Shown: positions 50,706 to 63,759 of the stretch, piece after piece
Position numbering within the stretch: the first letter of the stretch is position 1
Layout of the letters: the number at the start of each line of letters is the position of its first letter
Made by a program: the position numbers and the translations under genes
Notes under the pieces: generated by a model
The model's database searches: none
The model's input: the letters and a program-made list of their open reading frames with translations, nothing else
Told to the model about the DNA's origin: nothing
Assembly: GCA_964016885.1 (NCBI GenBank)
Contig: OZ024747.1
Location: 26,536,001-26,600,000, forward strand
Source of the DNA: Eledone cirrhosa
Taxonomy: Eukaryota
DNA length: 64,000 bases
Direction of reading: 5' to 3'

Positions 50706-53700
50706 CTACAGGCTGATATAGAGAGAAGGCCCATTCACTCGGGCCATTCTCGCTACTTTCACCCATCTTTCATAAAACTTGCTGGGGTAGAGCACCTCTC
50801 TCTCCATTCTGATCCTTCTTCTAAAGTGGTACTTGAAAAAAAAGACCAGTTGTTGGCCGGAGAGATAGGTGTCTGACCTCAGCCCTTTCAACCTTGTCCA
50901 CCATACAACTTCTTTCGCCATGGCTATCACACAGAGGAAAACCGCCTCTCCTTCGTTTTTGAAAGGGGGAGGCGGTTTGATTGTGACAATGTTCTCGGTG
51001 GTCAACCGGATTGGTCCCACCCGCGACAGTAGTCGTTCTACATAGCCCCACAGGTCAGCAACGCCCGGGCAGTGTACGAATGCGTGTGCGACGGTTTCCT
51101 CGTCACGCACGCATCTTGGACAGATCTTCTTCGAGGGGTCCCTACCCGGGCGCCCGTGTCTGTAGAGCTTGTCCCGAACGGGTAGAGCTCCTCGGTAACA
51201 TTGCCAAGCCAGGGACTTTTGGAAGTTGTCCATCGGTCCCGGGCCAAACGTCCTACCGAACAGACTGGCCAGCTCGTCTTCCTCCATGCCCAGAGCCTCT
51301 CCGAGAGCGTCGTCACACTTACTGCGCACCAACCCTCTATAGAATGTTGAGGTTGAGTCTCCACTGATTGCCGGATCCGCTTGCCAGAGGGCCGTGAGCG
51401 CCTGGGCACATTCAATGTGCCAGTCGCCCACTTTTCTCGGTCTTTGCTTGACCCAGGATTGCAGCTCGGTGAGTGAGACGAGTCTCGGAAAGGCTCGCCT
51501 CACAAACAGGGCCCACACCGGCTGACCGGTGAGGAATACCTGGAGGTGCCGTAGCCTTAATGCGTGTCTACGCATCGTCAGCCACGGCAACCCCAGCCCT
51601 CCGTTCGAAGGGTGTTGACAGCAGATGGATCTTCTCACCAAAGGAGCCCGCTTCTTCCAAAGAAATCGGAAGAGCGCGCGCTCCATTTTGGCGAGTGTTT
51701 TCTCTGGGCAAGGCACGACGGTCAAGCGGTAGTAGATGACGGACGCTATATAAGCGTTCGTCACCTCCGCTCGACCTTTCAGGGATAGTTTGCACTCGGC
51801 CCACTTCTGGGCGAGTGCAAACACCTTGCCCGTTACCTCGTCCCAGTTTTTCTCCACCTGAAGGTCCGGTCCGAACCAGACCCCGAGCATCTTCACCGGT
51901 CCCTCCGGCCAGCGTCCGACGATGCCTTCGGAGAGCATCGTTTTGCCCCTCCACGTCCCGAGTTGCAAACCGACGGACTTGTCCCGGTTCAGCTTGGCTC
52001 CTGTGAACCTTTCATATTCCTCCAGTAAGGTGCCGATCTGCCCGATTTCCGAGGCGCACGACACCATTACTGTCACGTCATCGGCGTAGGCCGACACCGC
52101 TTTCCGCAATCACGGTTCCAAGGGGATGCCCTGCAACAGCTCCAGCTTCCTCAGTAGTGGCTCGAGAGCCAGCACATACAGGAGGGAGGAGAGAGGGCAT
52201 CCCTGTCGAATGGATCGCGTGATTTGGAACGGCTCTGAGAGGTAGCCGTTCACCTTGACCCTCGAGCAGGTATTGCTGCTGTGCATTGCAGCAATCCAGC
52301 CCCTGAAATCGGGTCCGAAGCCTACCGCCGTGAGCACCGCATCCAGGTACCGATGGTCAACCCTATCGAACGCTTTAGATTGATCCAAGTTGATCAGGGC
52401 CCCACCAAAGCCGGGTTCGTTCCCTACCCTCTCTACGATGTATCGCATGAGGTGGAGGTTGTCGTGTATGGACCTGGACGGGATTGCGCATGTCTGCGCT
52501 TCTCCCACCAGGTTCCCGACGACAAGCGCCAACCTCTTCGCTAACACCTTGGCCAAAATCATTAACTCTGTGTTTAGCAGAGTTATGGGCCTGAAGTTAT
52601 CTATGTCATCCCCCTTGTTCTCGTCCTTCCTCACCAGCGTGACTACGCCCTTGGTTACAGAACTGGGAATTCTCCCGTTCTGTTGCCAGTTGCAGTAGAC
52701 CGCCTCGAGGAGACCGGAGAACAAGCCCGGCATCGCTACATAAAGTTCATATGGTAGACCATCGAGACCCGGAGATTTGCGTTTGCCGCATTGGCTCAGC
52801 GCTTCCCCTATTTCAGCGGCTGAAATCTGCCTCTCGCAGGACTTCGCCTCCCCGTCCGAGAGCCGCGCCAGACCGTCGAGGTATGGACCGAAATCCATGG
52901 CCCCAGTCGGCCCGCCGCCCCTCCCGAACAGTCGTGCAAAGCGCCGTTGAAAGGCCGCGCTCATCCGCTCAGGTTCAAGGATCACGCGTCCATCCTGGTC
53001 CTTCAAAGACCGAATCGTGGACTTGTTTCCACTTTTTGCCTCTGTCACTCGGGCCCAGCTAACAGCTTTGGCTCCCTCGTTACCCAGAGCACGAATTTTA
53101 CTCCTGACAACGCAGCCCTCGTGCTTCGCATCAAAGAACTGGTCTAGGGCCGTTCTTGACGCCAGCACGCCGGCCACGTTGCCACTCCTAATCGCCTCTT
53201 CTACTCTATTTGTTAATTCCCTTTCAGTTCTATTCCTATCTGATGCTAATTCCCGACTAAAACCTATCGACTCTATTCTAATTTCTCTCTTGAGAGAGCC
53301 CCACCACCTGTTGTTGACAATTGCCCCCGTCAAACGCTGCTTAACTAGTGTGCTAATCCGCTTACTGTAAGCTTTGTTTGTCGGTAAAGACAAGTTTAGC
53401 TTCCAGTAACCGGGTCCCTATCTATGAGTTCTATCAAGGTTGACCACTCCGGTCAACAACTTGTGATCCGAATAGTCAACCATGAACATTCGTGGACAGC
53501 TTAATATGTCCCTATCCTTATTTCTAACTAGGAACCTATCTAGGTACGACCTGGATGTTCCACTGCGATTACTCCACGTCAACCGTGGCACAGTTGGAAA
53601 ATCCAGTCGATATCTATCGGCCAGATCAAATCGGCCGATTAATCGTTACACCCCCCTCTATCGGGACATGCCCCTACATAGTCACAACGTGCATCCAGGA

Positions 53701-54133
53701 TACCATTCCAGTCCCTCACTAAAAGCAAGGAGCGAGACGTTCCCAGGAAATTCTCCAGGCGTCGGAAGAAGTCCGGTCGCGGTGTCCCCGATGGGGCATA
53801 CGCTGCCACCAGCCTGAAAGCTCCACCTTCACCACTGCCGACGTCTAAAACCACCAGTCGACCCTCCGGGTCCAGGTGTACCTGCTGTGTGGCAAGACCC
53901 AGGTATTTTCGCAGCAGAACGACAACCCCACCCCCACCCCTCGGCTGACAGAGAGATGCGTAGATCTCAAAGTCGTCGAAGATGGGGGCCAGTTGGCGCT
54001 CGCTGCTGATCCTGGACTCACAAATAACCATTACATCCACTCTGTGCGACCTGAGGTCATTTAAGAGTTTGCCCTATTTCCAGGACATCCCCAAGCCGCG
54101 TGCATTCACACATCCAACTCTTATATTGGCCAT
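50706..54133 (-). pseudogene. Copy 4 ORF2 (APE-RT-CCHC) with nonsense mutations and a frameshift
   Basis: Fragments 53639..54040, 52110..53393 and 50706..52109; ATG of MANIRVGCVNARGL at 54133. Confidence 0.92.
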
Positions 54134-55960
54134 GTTGGTGCTGAAGAGGTAAAAAGGAAGAGGAAAGGAAATTACTTACCTCTTCGTCTCCTGGGGGCCA
54201 GGCTGCACAATTTCCATGGGGGTGCTGGAAGGGTTGTTTGGTGGGGTGGTGATTTGTGATTGGTGGGGTGAGGACATCAGTGTGTGGTGGGATTAGGGTG
54301 TTTGGTGGGGTGTGGGTGTCTGGTGTGGGGGTGGGGAAACATCTCAATAGGACGCTGTTATGTGGTTTGGTGCAGTTGGTCCCCACATGCATTGGATGGT
54401 TCTTTTTCAAAGTTACATAGGTTTCCGTTGGGACCCTAATCATCATTAGGTGCGGTTTGTTTGCTGCGTAGGTGAAAGTGATCCCTTCGGTTTCCACCGA
54501 AGGGTTATTTTCTATCGCTTTCATCAACGTTTTATTGTTCTTGTTAATGTATGTATAGAGTTTTTGTTGTGTTGTGTTTGTTTCTGTTTGTTGTTCTTGC
54601 GGGTGTTTGCGTTTTATAGTACGTGTTATGTTTTGGGGAGGGGTGGGTTTTTTTATTTGTGATGTTTGTTCTGTTTGTGCTGGTGGCTGTGTGTTTGTGG
54701 CATTTTTGTTAATGTGGTGCCTTTTTTTTTGCCTTTTCACCTGTTGAAAGGGTTCTCCCTCGTCGTCACTGGGTGACGTTGATACGGAGTCCTCTTCCGT
54801 GTTGTTGGGGAGGGGTATATTTTGGGGTTTTGTTGTGGTTGCTTTTGTATTTGTTTTAGGTGGGGAGGGGTTGGGTGGAACAGTGTTTTGTGTTGTTATT
54901 TTTCCGTGTTGTTGTTGTGGTGGTGGTGGTGGTGGTGGTGGTGGTGGTGGTGTTGTGTTCGGGGTTGACAGAAGAGCCTTTTTTTTTACTCATTAATTGA
55001 GGACAGGCAGCCCTCAGGTGACCCCTGCTTAAGCAGTGGTAACATGACGGCCGCCTTCCCTCCACTGAAATGTTTATATAAGTTAGCCCGTCCAGAGGCA
55101 CGCGTTGTGGGATATTCGCTATTCGTTCTGGGCTCATTTGCACCAGAACTTCTACGGTGGTCCCACCAAATATACCTCCGGAGGACTTTCCTATTGAAAT
55201 TATCTTGTCTTCGTCAAAGTTTATTATTCCACATAGTATCCACCAAATGTTTACATTTGGTGTGATACTCATTATTTTTATTCTTTGTGTCCTTTTTCCC
55301 CTGTATGTGGGGTAAAAGGTGAAGTGGGGGGACACAATGGGTGCTATCGAGTACTTTTGAGCTGTTGACTGGTTGTTCATCAGCACCGAAATGCTACCAA
55401 ACAGTTTACCTTTTTGTATGAAGGTTAAGTCCTTCATTGCGTCTTTTAGAACCAGCTCAATTTCATTTTGTGATAATTGAGCTGGTTTTCTTGTTACGTT
55501 CGATATTGTCCTGAAAACCACAGTTTTCAGGACAGCCTCTCTACGTAATTCCTGTGGAGAATTAATGCTAAAAGCACCGTTTTCGCCAAAAGTCACGAAT
55601 TGTTTTGCGTCTTGTAATAGTTGTTTAGCATTTGTTATGTCTATTGGCGTGTATAGTTCGTTTTTTTTTTACGGTCTGTGAAAATGTTGTTTTGGTGTTG
55701 TTGTCTTTCGTGTTACTGTCACTGTTGGTAATATTGGTGTTGCTATTGTTGCAGTTGTTGGTTGTGGTGTTGTTGTCATTGTTCTTGTTGTTGGTGCTGG
55801 TATTATTTGCCGGATTTGGTTTCGCGGTTTCGATATTTTCCACGTTTTTCGATGATGCGAGGGGGGACGGCTGCAAGCTTTGCACTCCTACCTTCCCTCC
55901 ACCACTTTTCTTAGTGAACGTGGCACTCACGACAGTGTGCGAGGTGGAAATGGCATCCAT
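54057..55960 (-). pseudogene. Copy 4 ORF1, frameshifted at A homopolymers
   Basis: Fragments 55625.., 54856..55596 (CYHCLSRGHLRAAC) and 54057..54740 (YTYINKNNK block). Confidence 0.87.
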
Positions 55961-56139
55961 TGCCACCAAGTCTACAGTTTTTAGATGAAAATTGAAAATT
56001 TGTTGACTTAACGTCTGACGGCCAAGGCAAGGGGCTAAACCAAACAGTGTTATTAAATTGATCAATAAACTCACAGTTTTTTTTGACAAAAATCCGTAAA
56101 AATCCGGAGCAAAGTAAATCACGTCTATATCAAGTGGTA

Positions 56140-56253
56140 ATTGATATAGAGAGGGGGTGTTGGGAGAGAGTTCCGTGTAGTAGATATAGAGAGGGGGAGA
56201 GTTTGGTGTTAATTGATATATAGAGGTGTAATGGAAGAGAGTTCCGTGTAGTA
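56140..56253 (+). repeat. 71-bp minisatellite, right of copy 4
   Basis: Same GATATAGAGAGGGGGAGAGTTTGGTGTTAATT unit as 50125-50345. Confidence 0.85.
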
Positions 56254-56861
56254 GTGTGAGTTTTGGTAGTTTCTCGCCAAAACACATCTATCTGGATATA
56301 CGCTACAATTTATATACATGTTTTGTTTATCGCATATCAAACTTTTCTGACCATTTTAGAGTGCAAATAGCTAAACTAATCACTACAACTAAATTGACCA
56401 AATTTGCCCAAATTTCGCCCTGGATTAGAGCTCAGAACATAAAAAGACGCGACTAAACTGTAATGAATGTTGCCTGAGGTTTTACGTTTCCATCTCCCCT
56501 CCTCAGTCCTAACTCACCCCTTTCGCCTGTTGCACTATTCTTAACCCATTAATATTAATCTCCATTGGAGAAAAGCGTTTGGAGTAATAAAAAAAAACGA
56601 AAAAATGTCTACAAATCATAATTTAACACATCGTTTTTCATAACTATCTTTTCTTCCTTGTATTAATTTGGTACGGTCGTAATATATTTTTAAAAAATAT
56701 TTTTATTTGTGTGTCTGAGTGTGTGTTTGTCGGTATGTGTGTGTGTGTCAGTCTGTGTGAGTGAGTGTGTGTATGTGTGAGTGGTTGAGAGAGAATGTGT
56801 GTGTACGTGAGAAAGAGAGGTTAAACAGGCAAAGAACGAAAACAATGTGAAAGACCATACG

Positions 56862-57126
56862 TTAACCCTTTTAATACGAAACTGCCTGCAACCGTTCATG
56901 GTTATATTTATGATTCAGAACTGTTTATTTTAAAATGTCTATATTTATCTAAAAACCTTTCACCATAATTGTATGCAACCTTTGTTAAATTATGCTTCAA
57001 ACACCAAAATAATAAATAAAGTTACATATAATTCCTAAATCTCTCCAAATTCTTCATTATTGTCAAAAGTATTTGAAAATCATAGACAGTGTCTTTTCAG
57101 TAGAAATATGATAACGAAAGTATTAA
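56862..57126. mobile_element. Possible TTAA-flanked (piggyBac-like) MITE
   Basis: TTAACCCTTT...AACGAAAGTATTAA termini; further TTAACCCT ends at 57123 and 57181. Confidence 0.4.
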
Positions 57127-57566
57127 CCCTTTCGTTACCATAGTTTTCAAATGACACAATCTACATATGATTTTTCAATATTAACCCTGTGACCACATCT
57201 ATAAGGACAGAAAGAAAGTCTTCTCTGTGAGGGTTATAGTTAAATATATGTGTGTGTATGTGCCTGTATGTCTGTTTGTGTATGAGTCTGTGTATATGTG
57301 CATGAGTGTGTGTGTGCGAGGACCGGAAATACCGCAAAACAGAGTAGTGAATGTTATGCTAATTAAACAAGCCATTTCAGCTAAATACTAGCTTGTGTTT
57401 GATATAAATAGGGATTTGCCGTCAGTTCTCTTCGTAGGTGGGAAGTCAATGCATTTATCAAAGCTTGCTCGTTGAAGTACATGTAGCAGTCCAACCGACA
57501 GACATTCCTATTTCACTCACTAAGCTTAGATCGACACGAGTTAAAAGCCAAATAATAGACTTACTC

Positions 57567-57629
<63 letters not shown>

Positions 57630-57639
57630 TCCCGTAACC

Positions 57640-57928
57640 CTTGATAGAGTCGTAGGGGCGCCGCATTGACATAGGCGTTTCTTGGGCATTTTAAGCCTGG
57701 CGGAGCCCATTCCTCTCCAGGTCTGAGTACACCAGATTTCTTCCAGAGTGAGATAGAAGAAATGAGAAAGATATATAGAGGAAGAATCTACCCCAGTAGT
57801 AGGCAGGTACTTTTTTTATCGACCTCGAAAGGATGAAAGGCAAAGTTGACCACGGTGGGATTTGAACTCGGAGAGCAGCGAGCCAGAACAAATACCACAA
57901 AGCATTCCAGTTAATTCGCCGCCGCCTA
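57640..57928 (-). mobile_element. SINE with long distinct 3' tail
   Basis: Homologous to 43865-44185 and 10896-11170. Confidence 0.68.
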
Positions 57929-58331
57929 CATGTATGTTTATACATGCTACTAACATTGCTCGAACCTGAAATTTCATGATTACAAAGCGAACTTCATCAC
58001 TCGGTCTTCCTGACTCCTCTAATCTACGTTCAATAATAAGGAAGTCTTTATTATATACGTGTGGGAGGGGGGGTACATCTCTTGATGTCACTCTTTTTGC
58101 ATGTTTTGTGTGTCTATTCATTGTAGTAGTTGACGGCGTTGTTGTTGTTGGTGGTGGTGATGATGGTGGTGATAATGGTGGTAGTGGTGTTGGTGGGGCG
58201 TTGTTAGTGGTGGTGGTGGTGGTGGTGGTGGTAAGGGGGGTGCTTTGGTCATGGTTTGGGCAGAGATATCGATAAAATTCTTTTTCAATAGTGGTGATGG
58301 TTTTAGTGGGGGTGGTAGCAGTGATTAATGG

Positions 58332-58381
<50 letters not shown>

Positions 58382-58792
58382 GTGATGGGGGTATTTGTGG
58401 CGTTGATGGTAGTGGTGATGGTGCTGTTTGAGAATAATAATGATGATGATGATAATAATGATGATGATGATGATGATGATGATAATAATAATGATGATGA
58501 TGATGATGATGATGATGATGGTGATAAAACTGTTTATTGTTTAGCCAAACATATCGTTACAATATGTACATGACTAACATATATCTTGAGGGAGTAGCAT
58601 ATAGCATATAAACCGGAGGATATAGAAAATGGCTCTCACGAGCGAGGGAGACGTGTTAACAACAACTTTGCTGACATATCGATTGAGTTGGAGACAAGTT
58701 AAGGTTGCCTAAAATGGCGGAGAACTTTATACTGTTTATACTATGATGGTGCTTTTGTTTCTGGACATAAAGCTAATATCTTTATATGTGTG

Positions 58793-58949
<157 letters not shown>

Positions 58950-59060
58950 ATATACTGTACCGATTGTGTTGTTATTTCTGTTTACCTTTTATATATATAT
59001 ATAATTATATATATATGTATATATATATATATGTGTGTGTGTGTATATCTATATATATAA

Positions 59061-59102
<42 letters not shown>

Positions 59103-59131
59103 TATATATATAATATATATATATATATACG

Positions 59132-59220
<89 letters not shown>

Positions 59221-59669
59221 ATACATATATATATACAGTGAATATATAATGTGTCAGAAAAATATTTAGGGCAATGCACGACAGCTACAGACAACTATCT
59301 CCATCCCCCAATAATAATAATAATATTAATAATAGTTTCTTTAGTTTAGTTAGACACGAGCCTAATTTGTGTAAGAAGAAGTCATTGCAATATGACAAGC
59401 CGAATGGTATAAGTATTTTTACTTTCTCGATCTCTGAGGAATGAACGACAAAGTAGACTCCAGTATAATAACGACTTCTAACTTCAATACATTGACCAGA
59501 ACTATGTATATATATAGTAATAATAATAAAATTGAAGACTAAATCCAAAGAGGGCTCGATAAGGATAAATATATATCAAATATATAAGAACCGTAGAGCA
59601 AATATTTATATATATATATATATATTATATATATGTATGTATATATGTATATATGTGTATATATGTGTG

Positions 59670-59712
<43 letters not shown>

Positions 59713-59822
59713 ATTAATTTAGAAGGAGAGTGAGAGAAAGAGAGAGATGAGGGGAGGTATATATATATACTTACATATACATCTATATATATACATACAT
59801 ATACATATATATATATACATAC

Positions 59823-59894
<72 letters not shown>

Positions 59895-60740
59895 GAAAGA
59901 AACATTCCTTTTTTATGACGTGTTAATTCCTCCCTCCGCCCCTAGAAATTTTCTCATTTGCTATGAACGCATCAAAGAAACAGTCTTTTTTCTGAGGGGT
60001 CTCTTGATAAGCCGTCTCAGCTTCACAGTGATTAAGCATTTTTATAGTGCAGAATGTTGCAGACGGATCGGCGAAACTGCAGTCGGGACTTTGAGGAAAA
60101 AATATGTATATTTTTGTCTATTATTTCCACATATTTTGTGATTTGATGTATAGCTCTAATTATTGAATTATTTTAATTACTTTGATTATTTTAGCTCTTT
60201 CGGTCATCGAGCAAAACTTGTTAAGACGGACACCACACACACACACACACACACATACATATGAATATGTGTGTATTTTATTATTATATTGTCCCAAACT
60301 CCCCTATGGTCGAGTTAACCCAGGAGTGTACTAACTGCTTTTTCTAGCAAATACGTTATTCGCTCACTGTCCACCTTTCTACCCGTCTGTGACCACTGTA
60401 TCATCTGTTAATTTCTCACTCCGCCTCTCAAGATATTCTCACTTGCTACGAAAGAAACAGTCCTTTTTTTACCACTGTATCATGTGTTAATTACTCCCTC
60501 CGCCCATAGAGATGTTCTCACTTGCTACGAACGCATCAAAGAAACAGTCCTTTTTTTCTGAGGGGCCTCTAGATAAGCCTTATCTGCCTCACAGTGATGA
60601 TGCATTTTTATAGGGCAGAAACGTTGCACACGGATCGGCGAAACTGCAGTCGGAACTTTGCGGAAAAAATAGATATATTTTTGTATATTATTTCCTCATA
60701 TTTTGTAATTTGATAAATAACTCTGATTATTGAGTTATGC
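59895..60740 (+). repeat. Diverged ~290-bp direct repeat (59895-60170 and 60450-60740) with a partial third subunit at 60393-60470
   Basis: Shared blocks GAACGCATCAAAGAAACAGTC and CGGATCGGCGAAACTGCAGTCGG. Confidence 0.8.
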
Positions 60741-60809
60741 AGTTTTTAAAGAGATCATTCAGCATGGCTGGATATATATATAGATATATATAGAGAGAGA
60801 GAGATATAG

Positions 60810-60994
60810 ATATAGAAGAGCTTCTACAGGACTAGAACTGTTTCATTCGTGAGAAATCATCAGGAATCCTGATGACTTCTCACGATTGAAACAATTCTAG
60901 TCCTGTAGAAGCCCTTCTATATTAAAACTTTTATACTCTGCTATGTATTGAGTACCTTACTTACTGTGGTTACCTCCGACTCAACCCGGAATAA

Positions 60995-60997
<3 letters not shown>
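60810..60997 (+). mobile_element. Fold-back element in (TA)n with a CTGATGA...GAAAC hammerhead-like core
   Basis: 56-bp inverted arms (4 mismatches) centred on 60866; tail containing TATTGAGTAC. Confidence 0.65.
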
Positions 60998-61035
<38 letters not shown>

Positions 61036-61042
<7 letters not shown>

Positions 61043-61273
61043 TGTAATAAACAACATAAGGCAATCATTTCATATACCAGTGGTTTCTTAAAAGCAAAAA
61101 AATTTTGCTTTCAATCATCAGAATGAAAAAATCCTGGTGTATTTATTGACGTTGGATTTTAAAAACAAAAATCTTTGAAATGATTGCCTTATGTTGTTTA
61201 TTACATAACTATTAAGCTCTGTTACCTACATAGAGCACTCTTTTTTCCTGGACTTTTCCGACGGAATTACTTC

Positions 61274-61277
<4 letters not shown>
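61036..61277 (+). mobile_element. Fold-back element in (TA)n
   Basis: 37-bp perfect inverted repeat (61036-61072 / 61176-61212), 103-bp spacer, tail with CTCT...CATAGAGCAC. Confidence 0.6.
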
Positions 61278-61314
<37 letters not shown>

Positions 61315-61322
61315 TGTACCAA

Positions 61323-61435
61323 AAGTACAGATTAAAGTTTAAGCAAAAAATCGCTGCTTTCACCCTTAACGTGATTCTTTGCGTATTTGCTGAAACGTTA
61401 ATCTGTACTTATAATAAATATTTGCTCTACGAGTT
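61323..61435 (+). mobile_element. Small fold-back element in (TA)n
   Basis: 25-bp inverted arms with 2 mismatches (61323-61347 / 61386-61410) containing GAAACGTT. Confidence 0.5.
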
Positions 61436-61548
61436 TATATATATAATCCTTAGACAGTCTTCATGAATGGACCTGTTATTTTTATCTAAAGACATTTTTT
61501 CCAATTCCACCCCGCCCGTCACTTCAATCTATCTTATTTCTCATTCTT

Positions 61549-61584
61549 TCTTCTGGTGTAGGACTAGCGTCCGAAACGTTAAGA
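61549..61584 (+). other. Degenerate minimal hammerhead-ribozyme-like motif
   Basis: TCTT-CTGGTGTA-GGAC TAGC GTCC-GAAACGTT-AAGA: stem II and flanks pair, but the CTGANGA core is mutated. Confidence 0.45.
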
Positions 61585-61682
61585 CCCTCTTCCTGCTATT
61601 CCCCTAATATATCCCTTCCATATAATGTACCGATTGGGTTGTTATTTCTGTTTGCATTTTACACACACACACACATATATAC

Positions 61683-61715
<33 letters not shown>

Positions 61716-62177
61716 CGCATATACATATACGTATATACATATACATATATACATATACGTATATACATATACATATATGTGTGTGAAAGAGAGAGTGTGT
61801 ATTTGTATGTGTGGCGTGTGTGTATGTGTGATGTTAAAGACAGGAATATTTTCATATATTTTCATATTTTCTAAGACCTCTACAATTCGTTTGAATTAAC
61901 AAAATTCCTCGGATCATAATTCAACTGGAAAACAAGAGATTCTTATAAAGAAATTGAAATTCGAAAAAATAGCTGTGTCTTCAACATGTATGTAATGCTG
62001 TTGATGTGGTAGGGGTTGGATATATTTGCGTCAGCAACCGTGGGCTGGTGTTGAAGGGAGGGCGTGTGTTAAATTTTAAACTTTGACGTCATGAGAAACT
62101 GATAGTCTACCTTTAAATTTCTCCTATTGGTTCTATAGATATTTATATATGTAGTGTTATATATATATAATATATAT

Positions 62178-62347
<170 letters not shown>

Positions 62348-62380
62348 ATGTGTGTGTGCAGGAATATATATATGTGTGTG

Positions 62381-62414
<34 letters not shown>

Positions 62415-62506
62415 GATATGTATATATATATATATATAATTCTATATATGTATATTGTTATACTTGTATAATAGATAATATACATATATATACATATATA
62501 CATATA

Positions 62507-62541
<35 letters not shown>

Positions 62542-62579
62542 GTATATATATATACATATATATATGTATATATATATAC

Positions 62580-62678
<99 letters not shown>

Positions 62679-62694
62679 TATATGTATACGTATA

Positions 62695-62726
<32 letters not shown>

Positions 62727-62832
62727 CATATATATATGTATATATATATACATATATATATGTATACGTATATATATATATATATATACATAAAGAGAGA
62801 GAGGGAGAGAGAGAGAGAGAGTGAGAGAGAGA

Positions 62833-62903
<71 letters not shown>

Positions 62904-63138
62904 ATGTATATGTATGTATTATATACAATATATATGCCGTATGTCAAGGTGGAAGTTTATAAAGATTTTCACACATTTACTTGATGTTTACAAGGAATAG
63001 CTAATACAGCTTCAATTTATCAAAGAAAATATATCTAAATTTATTGGAGAATATTATATATATTCATATATATGTGTGTATACATGTGTGCGTAGTCGTG
63101 TGGGCGTTTGTTGGGGTGTGTGTATATATATGTATATG

Positions 63139-63232
<94 letters not shown>

Positions 63233-63260
63233 GTATATACATATATACATATATATATAC

Positions 63261-63310
<50 letters not shown>

Positions 63311-63440
63311 CAATTTCACACTAATGTCACTTTACATCTGTATAGAGAAAATATCTATCTATATATCTGTATCGAAATCTATTAATCTATATCCAAAGAC
63401 ATTTTATACTCATGCACAAACACACAAACACACATACGCA

Positions 63441-63487
<47 letters not shown>

Positions 63488-63612
63488 ACACACACACACA
63501 CACACATACACACACACACAACAACAACAACAACAACACATATGCCTCTACTTCCACAAGCTTCTGCGTTTGTTATGTGGTTATGTGTGCCAATGTATGC
63601 ATATTCACTTAC

Positions 63613-63759
63613 ACAGAGATAGCAGCTCATTCTCCGCCTCCAGACTTGATGCTTCGGGCACAAACAGTGATCCGCTGTCTGCAATGCGGGAGCCTTCCTC
63701 TTTGCACCAGTCACCTTCAAGAACTTTCTCGTCGTTGGCCTCTGCGCTCCTGATTTCCT
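63613..63759 (-). CDS. Candidate internal coding exon of an unidentified host gene (147 nt, phase 1-1)
   Basis: Acceptor TCTTTCTGAATTTACAG|, open frame [48 protein letters not shown], donor |GTAAGT; non-repetitive sequence of balanced composition. Confidence 0.45.

Larger units (their letters stand above)
50466..56133 (-). mobile_element. Full-length but decayed L1/Tx1-type retrotransposon, copy 4 (subfamily C)
   Basis: Same 3' terminus GGCAAATAAATAGAAAT and 5' terminus TTGATA..AGAC as copies 2 and 3; ORF1 and ORF2 homologous but interrupted. Confidence 0.94.

Noticed and set aside
57400-57430. TATAAATAG followed by an Inr-like TCAGTT as a core promoter
   Set aside because: Spacing is about 22 nt, shorter than canonical, and there is no downstream gene; such motifs are frequent in AT-rich DNA.
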